Source: Myxococcota bacterium
GTDB lineage: Bacteria; Myxococcota; Myxococcia; Myxococcales; Myxococcaceae
Assembly: GCA_052034585.1 (NCBI GenBank)
Contig: JBPOIJ010000034.1
Span: 19,797 to 83,796, forward strand
Reading direction: 5' to 3'
DNA length: 64,000 bases
Notes under the pieces: model-generated
What the model was told of the DNA's origin: nothing
The model's database searches: none
Seen by the model: the letters and a program-made list of their open reading frames with translations, nothing else
Position numbers and translations under genes: made by a program
Shown: positions 28,021-36,078 of the stretch, piece by piece
Position numbering within the stretch: position 1 is the stretch's first letter
How the letters are laid out: the number at the start of each line of letters is the position of its first letter

Positions 28021-28670
28021 TGGCGAACCCGCTCACCACGGCCCTCGACAAGTTTCGCCGCGATCGCGCGAAGGGCACCTCGACTCGGCGGCTCGTCGAG
28101 CGGGCGGCGCGCTATTCCTACGAGCTGGCCGCCGCGAAGCTGTACCTGCGTGACGTCTCCATCGTCGGCTCCGGCGTGCGGTGCAACGGGCGGCCGCGCA
28201 TCGTCAACCACGGCACGATGATCATCGGCGCGAACACCCTCTTGCGGAGCGTGATGGTGGCGGTCGAGCTCACCTGCGACGAGAAGGCCGTGCTCAGCAT
28301 CGGCCAGGACTGTTCGATCAACTACGGCGCGAGCATCGGCTGCACCAAGCAGATCGAGATCGGCCCTCGCTGCCGGTTGGGCCCGTACACGATGATCATC
28401 GACAGCCAGTTTCACGAGCTCTACGACCGGCGGGCGCGGCCGGCTGGCGTCTTCACCACCCTCGAGAGCGACGTCTGGCTGGGCGCGAAGGTGAGCGTGA
28501 TGCCAGGCGTTCGCATCGGGAAGGCCTCGGTGGTGGCGACCGGCGCGGTGGTGACGAAAGACGTCCCTCCGTTCACCGTCGTCGCCGGAGTCCCCGCGAA
28601 GGTCATCGACCGAATCGACCCCGAGAAGTTCGTCGCCCGCGCGCCGTCCGGCGCAGAAGTCGAGGACTGA
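28020..28670 (+). CDS. hexapeptide-repeat (LbH) acetyltransferase, copy 1
   Basis: DVWLGAKVSVMPGVRIGKASVVATGAVVTKDVPPFTVVAGVPAKV is typical of the Maa/WcaF-type LbH C-terminus. Start re-placed at MANPLTT. Confidence 0.85.
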   Translation: MANPLTTALDKFRRDRAKGTSTRRLVERAARYSYELAAAKLYLRDVSIVGSGVRCNGRPRIVNHGTMIIGANTLLRSVMVAVELTCDEKAVLSIGQDCSINYGASIGCTKQIEIGPRCRLGPYTMIIDSQFHELYDRRARPAGVFTTLESDVWLGAKVSVMPGVRIGKASVVATGAVVTKDVPPFTVVAGVPAKVIDRIDPEKFVARAPSGAEVED

Positions 28671-28673
28671 GGC

Positions 28674-29321
28674 GTGCGGCACGTCATCGCGGGCGCGTTT
28701 CGAAAGCTCCGGCGCGATCTCGGCCACGGGCTCAAGCCACGGGTCCTGCTCGAGCGAGTCACCCGCTACACCGCCGAGCTGGCGGCCGCGAAGCTCTACC
28801 TCCGAGACGTCACCTCGACCGGCAGCGGTGTTCGGTGCCTCGGTCGGCCACGCATCGTGAACCACGGGACGATGCACCTCGGCAGTCACTGTCTGCTCCG
28901 CAGCGTCATCGTGCCCGTCGAGCTCACCTGCGAGGAAGGCGCGACGCTCAGCATCGGTGACGACTGCTTCTTGAACTACGGGGTGAGCATCGGCTGCACG
29001 AACCGCATCGAGCTCGGAGCGCACTGCGACATCGGGCCGTACTGCATGATCATCGACACCCAGTTCCACGATCTCCACGACCGCTCCAAGCGCCCGCCGG
29101 GCGTGCCGACGATCATCGAGCGCGACGTCTGGCTCGGCGCGAAGGTGAACGTGATGCCTGGCGTGCGCATCGGGCGAGGCTCGGTCATCGCGGCTGGCGC
29201 GGTGGTGACGAGAGACGTCCCGCCGTTCTCGGTCGCAGCCGGCGTTCCCGCCAAGGTGGTGCAGACGCTCGACCCGTCGAAGTTCAGGGCCAACGCCAGC
29301 GCTCCGCCCGACGATCTCTGA
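28674..29321 (+). CDS. hexapeptide-repeat (LbH) acetyltransferase, copy 2 (tandem paralogue)
   Basis: 215 aa, colinear with copy 1, including the N-terminal AELAAAKLYLRDV...GSGVRC.GRPRIVNHGTM extension. Confidence 0.85.
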   Translation: MRHVIAGAFRKLRRDLGHGLKPRVLLERVTRYTAELAAAKLYLRDVTSTGSGVRCLGRPRIVNHGTMHLGSHCLLRSVIVPVELTCEEGATLSIGDDCFLNYGVSIGCTNRIELGAHCDIGPYCMIIDTQFHDLHDRSKRPPGVPTIIERDVWLGAKVNVMPGVRIGRGSVIAAGAVVTRDVPPFSVAAGVPAKVVQTLDPSKFRANASAPPDDL

Positions 29322-29380
29322 GGGCGGGCGACTCCACCGCTTCGTCGATCGTGCGCACGCTCAAATGGGCGAGTTCGGTG

Positions 29381-30535
29381 TCATTTGCGGCTCCACTCCA
29401 TCACCCCACCCGAGAGCGTGCGCAGCGAGTCCGAGGCGAGATAGGCGCGCGCCGCCGGGAGCCCCTTCAGCTGCGCGTCGAAGAAGGCGAGCGCGGCAGG
29501 CTCGAGCCAGGTGAAGTAGGTCTCGCAGCGGGCGACGTCGGCGCTGCGCTGCTGCTGCCAGGTCACGCACCCGTCGAGCTTGTGCTCGAAGGTCGTGTGC
29601 CGCGCCGACGCTTCGGTGATCCACCCGAGGTACTTCTCGCCCGCCGGCATGCGCTGATACGGCTGAGGCCGCATCGCGGCGGTCGCTTCGGACGTCTCGT
29701 CGCCGATGCCGGTGAGGCTCAGGTACGGGCGGGTCACCGAGTCCCACGAGGTGTCGAGGAAGCCATCGTCGCCGGGGCCTTCGGGAGAGCAGCCGACGAA
29801 CGCCTTCACCCGGGGATCCGCCAAGGTGTGCACCGAGGTGCCGAGCTGCCGCGTCGCGCCCGCCACCATCTCGGTGGAGCCCGCGCCTGCCGAGTGCCCC
29901 AGGTAGCCGAGCTTGGAGAGGTCGAGCGACCCCGCGAGCGGCCCGGTCGAGTTGGTGCGCTCGAGGAGGTCGATCACCTGGCGAACGTCGTGCGGTCGAT
30001 CCCAGTGGAGGTACTTGAAGGTCGCGCACTCGGCGACGGTCGGAAGCCCCAAGGAGGTGCAGAGCGCAGTCCGCGAGGCCTCGTCCCGCGGCGCGTGCGC
30101 GATGGCGACCACCAGATAGCCAGCGCGGACCAAGGGTGCCGCCCACTCCTCACCGACGGTGAGCGCGTTCGAGATGCCCTGCGCTCCTCCGTGAGAATAG
30201 AGAATCACCGGGAGCGGGAGCGGTGCGCCCTGCGGCCGTCGGAAGGCGACCTCGATCGTCCGGCCTCCGTCGGTGAAGCCGTCGTCGTAGGTGAGGCTGC
30301 GCACCACCGGCGGGGCGGGCGAGAAGGTGCCGGACTGATAGCCGCACGCCGTCAGGTTCGAGCTCGAGCACCCAGCATCGACGCCTGGGATGCCCGAATC
30401 GACTCCCGCATCCACTCCGGCGTCGACCCCCGCGTCCACACCCGCGTCGACCTCGGCGACGACTCCCGCATCCTCACTTCGCGGCCGCTCACCGCAGCCG
30501 ACGAGGACCACGCACAGCACGAGAAGAGAGCGCAT
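29381..30535 (-). CDS. secreted lipoprotein, alpha/beta hydrolase (dienelactone hydrolase / PAF-acetylhydrolase-like)
   Basis: 384 aa. Lipobox LVGC, (DAGV)n tether, GHSAG nucleophile elbow, YSHGG oxyanion-type motif. Confidence 0.8.
   Translation of the reverse strand: MRSLLVLCVVLVGCGERPRSEDAGVVAEVDAGVDAGVDAGVDAGVDSGIPGVDAGCSSSNLTACGYQSGTFSPAPPVVRSLTYDDGFTDGGRTIEVAFRRPQGAPLPLPVILYSHGGAQGISNALTVGEEWAAPLVRAGYLVVAIAHAPRDEASRTALCTSLGLPTVAECATFKYLHWDRPHDVRQVIDLLERTNSTGPLAGSLDLSKLGYLGHSAGAGSTEMVAGATRQLGTSVHTLADPRVKAFVGCSPEGPGDDGFLDTSWDSVTRPYLSLTGIGDETSEATAAMRPQPYQRMPAGEKYLGWITEASARHTTFEHKLDGCVTWQQQRSADVARCETYFTWLEPAALAFFDAQLKGLPAARAYLASDSLRTLSGGVMEWSRK
30371..30472 (-). repeat. in-frame 12-nt tandem repeat (DAGV tetrapeptide)
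   Basis: EDAGVVAEVDAGVDAGVDAGVDAGVDSGIPGVDAG is read from the translation. Confidence 0.8.
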
Positions 30536-30586
30536 GGTCCGTTCAACCCGTCGGGCGCACGCAGGTTGCGCGCACGTTCTCCCACC

Positions 30587-31336
30587 TCATCCCAACCGGT
30601 CCTTCTTCAGGGTGCGGAGGAAAATCACGACGAACTTCGGGTCGTTGATGAGGTAGCGCCGCCAGAGTCGGCCGGGCTCCTGGCTGAGCCGGTAGAGCCA
30701 CTCGAGCCCCGTCTTCCGCATCACCGCCGGCGCCCGCTTCACCGTGCCCGCGAGGAAATCGAGGCTCGCGCCGATGCCCAACATCACCGCTGGCTTCACC
30801 CGCTCGGCGACCGCGTCCATCAGGAACTCCTGCTTGGGCGCCCCGAAGGCCATCATGATGAGGTCGGGCTTCGCGGCGACGAGCTGGTCGGCGATGCGGC
30901 TCAGCTGGGCCTGATCGTCCACCTTCACCATCGGCCCATCGAAGCCGACCACGTTCGTCCCGAAGCGCTCCTTCGCCACCTGCGCGGCCTTCTCGGCGAC
31001 GCCAGGGCCGGCGCCGAGGAAATAGACCCGCCAGCCTTTGCGCGCGGCCAGCTGGAGCACGGGCTCGAGGAGATCGGACCCGGCGACCCGCTCCGGCAGC
31101 GGCGTGCTGAGCAGCTTGGACGCCCACACCAGCGGCATGCCGTCGGCGACCGAGAGCGAGGCGCGCGTGTAGATGCGCTCGAAGGCGGCGTCGTCTTCCA
31201 CGTTCACCACGTGATCGATGTTCGGCGTCACCACGAAGCCGCCTTGCTTCGCCTCGACCAACGCCTCGATGCGGTCCATCGCCTGGTGGAAGGTGACGAC
31301 GTCGACGGGGACCTTGCCGATGGTGAGCCGCTGCAT
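30587..31336 (-). CDS. WecG/TagA/CpsF-family glycosyltransferase
   Basis: 249 aa from MQRLTIGKVPVDVVTF. VVTPNIDH, ADGMPLVWAS, FGAPKQE and EWLYRL are family hallmarks. The track ORF is over-extended. Confidence 0.9.
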   Translation of the reverse strand: MQRLTIGKVPVDVVTFHQAMDRIEALVEAKQGGFVVTPNIDHVVNVEDDAAFERIYTRASLSVADGMPLVWASKLLSTPLPERVAGSDLLEPVLQLAARKGWRVYFLGAGPGVAEKAAQVAKERFGTNVVGFDGPMVKVDDQAQLSRIADQLVAAKPDLIMMAFGAPKQEFLMDAVAERVKPAVMLGIGASLDFLAGTVKRAPAVMRKTGLEWLYRLSQEPGRLWRRYLINDPKFVVIFLRTLKKDRLG

Positions 31337-31412
31337 TCGCGCCGACTGTACGGTGGGTGTTTCCTTTGGCCACAGTTTCTTCCTCGCGGAAGGCGCGCTA
31401 CGCACGGCAGGA

Positions 31413-32348
31413 GTGCTCCCCGCGGTTCGCCAGCTCCTCAGGCCCGATGACGCAGCCCGTGCCGTCGGCCGTTCGCTCCCTCGCCCGGCGCTGGAGGTCG
31501 GGGTCGGCGCTGCGCTCGCGGGCTTGGGCGTCTCGCTCTGTCTGCATCGCGTCGGTCCGGCGCGCGCTTCCGATTGGCAGCCGGGCCTCACCCTCGAGGC
31601 GAGCGCGCTCGACGAGCTGCTCGAGCTGCTCCTCACCCGGCGCCCCGGCTCGGCGGCGAACTGGCTCTCGTTGTCCTTCGATGACGGCTACCGCGACGCG
31701 GCCGACTACATTCGGTCGCGCGCGCCTCGTTTTCCGGCGGTGGAGTTCTTCTTCTTCGTCTGCCCCCGGAAGATCGAACGGCGCGTCGGCTTCCGCTGGG
31801 ACCTGGTGGAGAAGCGGCTCTTGGCGGGCACGTCGCGTGACGAAGCGGTGGCGCTCCTCGACGAGCCGCACTCGACCGTCACCGAGCACCAACGCGCCGA
31901 GCTGCGCAGCCTCGCCGACGCCGCGCCGTTTCAGCTGGCGAGCGTGGAGGAGCTCGGCGCGCTGGTGACGTTCCCGAACGTGAAGCTGGGGAATCACTCC
32001 AACCTGCACGCGAGCCCGAACAAGCTGCCCGACGAAGAGGTGACCCGCGACTACCGGGAGTCGAAGGAGGACTTCGAGCGCCTCTTCGGCCAGCAGCAGC
32101 ACTTCGCCTTCCCCTTCGGCACGCCGCAGCACCACTTTCAGCAGCGCCACGTCGACGTGCTTCGGTCGCTCGGCGACTTCGCCATCTGGACGACGGAGGC
32201 GCGGCCCTACCGGCTCACCGAGCGACGGCCCGGGGCAGTGCTCCCGCGCTTTCCCATCAACGGGCAGCGAACGCCCGCCGAGCTCGCGGGGTGGATCGCG
32301 GCACGCGCCACCGCCTTTCGGCTCGCCGGTACCCGACACCACTTCTGA
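31413..32348 (+). CDS. polysaccharide deacetylase (NodB-like) family protein
   Basis: LCLHRV...LSLSFDDGYRDA motif and a C-terminal FPFG region. Start is ambiguous: GTG 31353, GTG 31413 or TTG 31524. Confidence 0.7.
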   Translation: MLPAVRQLLRPDDAARAVGRSLPRPALEVGVGAALAGLGVSLCLHRVGPARASDWQPGLTLEASALDELLELLLTRRPGSAANWLSLSFDDGYRDAADYIRSRAPRFPAVEFFFFVCPRKIERRVGFRWDLVEKRLLAGTSRDEAVALLDEPHSTVTEHQRAELRSLADAAPFQLASVEELGALVTFPNVKLGNHSNLHASPNKLPDEEVTRDYRESKEDFERLFGQQQHFAFPFGTPQHHFQQRHVDVLRSLGDFAIWTTEARPYRLTERRPGAVLPRFPINGQRTPAELAGWIAARATAFRLAGTRHHF

Positions 32349-32419
32349 AGATGGCGCGTCGTCAGGAAGGTGATGGGGTGCAGCTGTGCAGTGTCGTGCA
32401 CAGGCCCGAGCCTGAGCCG

Positions 32420-32448
32420 TTGATCCACCGCGCCTTCGATTTCATACT
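32420..32448 (+). promoter_or_regulatory. candidate sigma-70-type promoter giving a leaderless or near-leaderless mRNA
   Basis: TTGATC (32420-25), 17-nt spacer, CATACT (32443-48), then 6 nt to ATG 32455. No Shine-Dalgarno sequence is visible. Confidence 0.3.
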
Positions 32449-32454
32449 CCTTCG

Positions 32455-33534
32455 ATGCGCCTCTGCTCGTCCTCGTACCTCGTCGCTGCAGTCCTCTTCG
32501 CCGTCTCGTGCAGTCCCGCCGTCGGAACGAATGACGCGGGGGCGGGCGGCGGGCTGAGCGGGACCGGCGGAGGCCTCAGCGGAACCGGCGGTGGCACCAG
32601 CGGAACCGGCGGAGGGACGACGGGCGGCGGCGCCAGCGGCACTGGTGGCGGCACGACCGCGGGCGGCTCGAGCGGCACCGGCGGAGGAACGACGGCCGGC
32701 GGCTCCAGCGGCACCGGTGGCGGCACGACGGCGGGCGGCTCGAGCGGCACCGGCGGAGGAACGACGGCCGGCGGCACCAGCGGCACGGGTGGCGGCACGA
32801 CCGCGGGCGGCTCGAGCGGCACAGGCGGAGGCTCGGTGACGCTCCCTGACGGCGGGCTTCCTCGCTTCAGCTTCTTCGTCGTCAGCCACGCCGCCGTGTT
32901 GCGCGTCTCCAACAACCCGCAGGGCTTCGGCGGCGACCTCCGGCGCGGAGACACCGGACTCGGCGCTGGGCTCCGTGGCGCCGACCGCACGTGCACCGAG
33001 TTGGCCGAGCGTTCGATGCCCGGCGCGGGAGCCAAGGTGTGGCGCGCCTTCCTCTCGGCTGACCAAGGTGAAGACGGCGGCGTCGTGCACGCGCGCGACC
33101 GCATCGGCAACGGGCCCTGGTACGATCGCCAAGGCCGGCTCTTCGCGATGACCCTCTCCCAGGCGCTCACCACGCGCCCCACCGGCTGCGACAGCACCAT
33201 CTGCAACGACCTGCCGAACGAAGACGGCGTTCCCAACCACGGCGCCAGCGGCATGCAGGTCGACAACCACGACACCCTCACCGGCTCGTCCACGATGGGG
33301 ATGAACATCGCCGGGCGCAACTGCCGCTCCTGGACCACCAACGCCACCGACGCGGGCACGCCGCAGCTCGGGCATTCCTGGCCGGCGAGCTCGGGCCAGA
33401 GCTGGACGACGGTGCACCTCGCGGGCGGCTGCGGCGCGGGCATCAACCTCCAGCAGACGGGCGGGCCGAACGCTCCCACCGTCGGCGCGGGCGGCGGCTA
33501 CGGCGGCTGGTACTGCTTCGCGCTCACGCCGTGA
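32455..33534 (+). CDS. secreted lipoprotein: Gly-rich tether plus endostatin-like / DUF1554-like C-terminal domain
   Basis: Lipobox AVSC. C-terminal GLRGADRTCTELA...VWRAFLS and NCRSWTTNATDAG resemble the endostatin motifs GIRGADFQCFQQA...FRAFLS and CETWRTEA (recalled from memory). Confidence 0.75.
   Translation: MRLCSSSYLVAAVLFAVSCSPAVGTNDAGAGGGLSGTGGGLSGTGGGTSGTGGGTTGGGASGTGGGTTAGGSSGTGGGTTAGGSSGTGGGTTAGGSSGTGGGTTAGGTSGTGGGTTAGGSSGTGGGSVTLPDGGLPRFSFFVVSHAAVLRVSNNPQGFGGDLRRGDTGLGAGLRGADRTCTELAERSMPGAGAKVWRAFLSADQGEDGGVVHARDRIGNGPWYDRQGRLFAMTLSQALTTRPTGCDSTICNDLPNEDGVPNHGASGMQVDNHDTLTGSSTMGMNIAGRNCRSWTTNATDAGTPQLGHSWPASSGQSWTTVHLAGGCGAGINLQQTGGPNAPTVGAGGGYGGWYCFALTP
32542..32835 (+). repeat. 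in-frame ~36-nt tandem repeat (GGSSGTGGGTTA dodecapeptide)
   Basis: SGTGGGTTAGGS is repeated about 5 times in the translation. This is a third distinct repeat period among the Gly-tethered lipoproteins. Confidence 0.85.
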
Positions 33535-33535
33535 C

Positions 33536-34972
33536 TCAGTCGTCGAACGCGCACCGAAAGGGGAGCCGCTCGGTCGCGCGCTCTTCGACGAGCTCCTCCG
33601 ACTCGACGCGGAAGACGGCACGCCCGAGGGTGGCGATGGCCCGGTGCCACTCCGACAGTCGAGCGAGCCGTTTGCCGGCCCAGCGCGCATAGGCCCTCGC
33701 GTCCTCGAGCTCGACGACGATGGGGAGCGCCCCGAGATTCGGCGGAGGCGTCGCGCCACCCCACTCCGAGGGCGGAGCGCGGTGCGTCCCCAGACAGAAG
33801 CGCGCATACTCGTCGTGCGTCACCGGGCGCTCGTCGAGGAGCAGCTCTCCCACTCGCACCATCGGCCTCGCATCTCGCCCGGGCCACTCGCGCTCGAGCA
33901 CCTCGTCGTCCTCTTCGTCCGTCGGCGTCGCCGCGCTGCGGAGCGGGAAGGCCGGGAGGTCGACCGGCACCAGCGACGACGCCGCGAGGGTGGCGCCGAA
34001 GTGGCCCAGGTCGAGCCGCGCCATCTCGTCCTCGAGCGCCCATGCCGCCGCCCGCTCGTTGGGAAAAGTGCGCTCGAGCACCGCGGCAAGCGCGGTCGCC
34101 TGCGCAGGTCCGACGTGGTCCTGAACCTTGGCGAAGGTGGCGAGCAGCGCGCCCCACGACGGAAAGCGCGCGGTCGGCTCTCGCTGCAAGCACCGCTCGG
34201 CGAAGGCCTCGACCGACGCAGGGAGCCCAGCGCGACGCTCGCGCAACGGCCGGGGGCGCTCGGTGAGGAGCTGGCGAATGAACTCGAAGCCCTCCCCGGG
34301 AAACGCCGAGGCGCCGGTGAGCAACTCGTGGAGCACGAGCCCAGCGGTGAACATCGGGGAGAACGGGCTCGGCGGCAGGCCCCGCACCTGCTCGGGCGAC
34401 AGGTAGCGCGCGGCCCGGAGCGGCATCGTCACCATCGCGCCGGCGGCCATCGTGCGCTCCGAGAGGGTCGCGGCGTCGAGCTCGGCCCGCACCTCGCCCT
34501 GCCAAGCGAAGGTGAGCTCCGCGGCGTCGAGCCCCAGGCCGTCCGTCTGTCGACGGCTCAGCTCCGCCCAGGCGCGAAGCAGCGGCTCCAACACGCCAAG
34601 CGCGAGCCCGGCTGGCAGGTCGGTCATGGGCGTGGCGTGCACGAGCTCGTCGAGGGTGACGTCGCCCGGAGGCGCCTCGACGAGCGCCACCACCTCGAGC
34701 GACTCGTTGGCGAGCGCTGCGAGGAGCGATGGGAAGGCGCGGCTCGTCACCGTCATCAGCAGCCGGCCCCGACGACGGAGCAGCGCCTCGTGCTGACGAA
34801 AGAGCTCGGGGTCGCCGCGGAGAGGCGAGGCGAGCTCGCGCACCACGCAGAGCCGAGGTCGCGCATCGTGGATGACGATGGCGCGAGAGCGCGCGAACCA
34901 GCCGTCGCTCCACTCGGGCCCAATGACGAGCGCCGGGCCCACCCAGCGCGTGGGTCGAACGAGCGACTTCAT
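33536..34972 (-). CDS. kinase-like (pseudokinase) domain fused to an FGE-sulfatase/SUMF1-like domain
   Basis: 478 aa. Retains the YLSPEQ (APE-like) and LHELLTG lobe. No GxGxxG, VAIK, HRD or DFG is recognisable. C-terminus ERPVTHDEYARFC...DARAYARWAGKRLARLSEW is FGE-like. ATGA overlap with the upstream gene. Confidence 0.75.
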   Translation of the reverse strand: MKSLVRPTRWVGPALVIGPEWSDGWFARSRAIVIHDARPRLCVVRELASPLRGDPELFRQHEALLRRRGRLLMTVTSRAFPSLLAALANESLEVVALVEAPPGDVTLDELVHATPMTDLPAGLALGVLEPLLRAWAELSRRQTDGLGLDAAELTFAWQGEVRAELDAATLSERTMAAGAMVTMPLRAARYLSPEQVRGLPPSPFSPMFTAGLVLHELLTGASAFPGEGFEFIRQLLTERPRPLRERRAGLPASVEAFAERCLQREPTARFPSWGALLATFAKVQDHVGPAQATALAAVLERTFPNERAAAWALEDEMARLDLGHFGATLAASSLVPVDLPAFPLRSAATPTDEEDDEVLEREWPGRDARPMVRVGELLLDERPVTHDEYARFCLGTHRAPPSEWGGATPPPNLGALPIVVELEDARAYARWAGKRLARLSEWHRAIATLGRAVFRVESEELVEERATERLPFRCAFDD

Positions 34973-35628
34973 CGGGCCTCCAGGGCGACGAAGGTGGCGA
35001 GGCTGCGAGCGCGAACGCTGGCGAGCGGAGCGATGCGCACGTCGAGGCTCACCCGGGTCATCGGCTCCTCCACCACCTGCGCGCCGTGCAGGTGCAAGGG
35101 CGTGAACAACAGCACCTCGCCCTTCTTCACCTCGAGCGGCGGCAGTCGGTGGCGGGTGAAGGCAGGGTCGTCATCGAGCAACCGCTTCGACTCGGCGAAG
35201 GGCACCGCGTGGAGCGCCGCCGTGCGTCGCGCGTCCGTCAGGGCGAACCAGAGGTTCCGCTCGTCGAGGCCGTGGCCGATGTGATGATCGGTGTGGACTG
35301 GCACCGGTGAGACCTGGTCTTTCGGCACCAGCACCCGGAAGTGCGGAATCGCCTGCACCGCGACGGCCTCGAAGGGCAGCTCCGGCAGCGCCGCGCGAAC
35401 GAGCGCATTCACCAGCGCCCGCGCCTCGTGGCCGTCACCCTCGAAGCAGAGCGCCCGCGACGCCTCGAGCGCCTTCGCCGGGTCGAGCACCTCGTGGGCC
35501 CGCGCGAGCGACGCGACCTGGTGTCCCCTCGAGCGGAGCCGTTCGAGCACCCAGGCCTCCAGCGCCGAGACGTCGACCCGCCGCCGCTCCAGGTCCCACG
35601 CGGGGAGGAAGCCGGTGAGCCTCGGCAC
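34969..35628 (-). CDS. Fe(II)/2-oxoglutarate-dependent oxygenase (PhyH-like)
   Basis: 219 aa. HTD (HxD) followed ~60 aa later by LHLHGA and RVSLDVR, the pattern of the double-stranded beta-helix facial triad plus 2OG-binding Arg. Confidence 0.65.
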   Translation of the reverse strand: MPRLTGFLPAWDLERRRVDVSALEAWVLERLRSRGHQVASLARAHEVLDPAKALEASRALCFEGDGHEARALVNALVRAALPELPFEAVAVQAIPHFRVLVPKDQVSPVPVHTDHHIGHGLDERNLWFALTDARRTAALHAVPFAESKRLLDDDPAFTRHRLPPLEVKKGEVLLFTPLHLHGAQVVEEPMTRVSLDVRIAPLASVRARSLATFVALEAR

Positions 35629-35631
35629 CGC

Positions 35632-36078
35632 TCACCTCATCGATTCGACGGTGATGGCTCCGAGGAACTTCTGCTTGCCGATGATGCCCACCGTGTTCTC
35701 GGCGTCTTCCGTCTTGGTGATGCCGAGGTGCACCACCAGCACGGCCGCGTCGGAGGCGAGCGCGATGGGCACGCCTGCCTGCTGCGAGATGACGGACTCG
35801 ACGCACACCACCGCGAGCCCGCCCGCCGAGATGTGCTGCGTCATCTCGACGATGAGCTTCGCGACGCCCGCCTTCTCGTGCCCCTCGGCGAGGAAGAGCC
35901 GGGTCGGTGCGCCGCGGGCGAGCTTGGCGACCTCCACCATCGCGTCGGCAATCTGACTCGCCGACATCGTCGGGCTCGCGGGCACCACCACCAACGACTG
36001 CCAGCTGCCGCGCATCACGCCGAGCAGCTGCTGGTAGACCTGTTGGCTCAGCTTCGGCTGTGCGTCGTGCTTGCTCAC
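35632..36078 (-). CDS. degenerate MinD/BY-kinase-like P-loop domain lacking Walker motifs
   Basis: 148 aa. SLVVVPASPTMSAS sits where Walker A (GxxGxGKS/T) belongs. VVCVES...ASDAAVLVVHLGITK...FLGAI mirrors the BY-kinase C-terminal half. GTGA overlap with the GT2 gene. Confidence 0.6.
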   Translation of the reverse strand: MSKHDAQPKLSQQVYQQLLGVMRGSWQSLVVVPASPTMSASQIADAMVEVAKLARGAPTRLFLAEGHEKAGVAKLIVEMTQHISAGGLAVVCVESVISQQAGVPIALASDAAVLVVHLGITKTEDAENTVGIIGKQKFLGAITVESMR

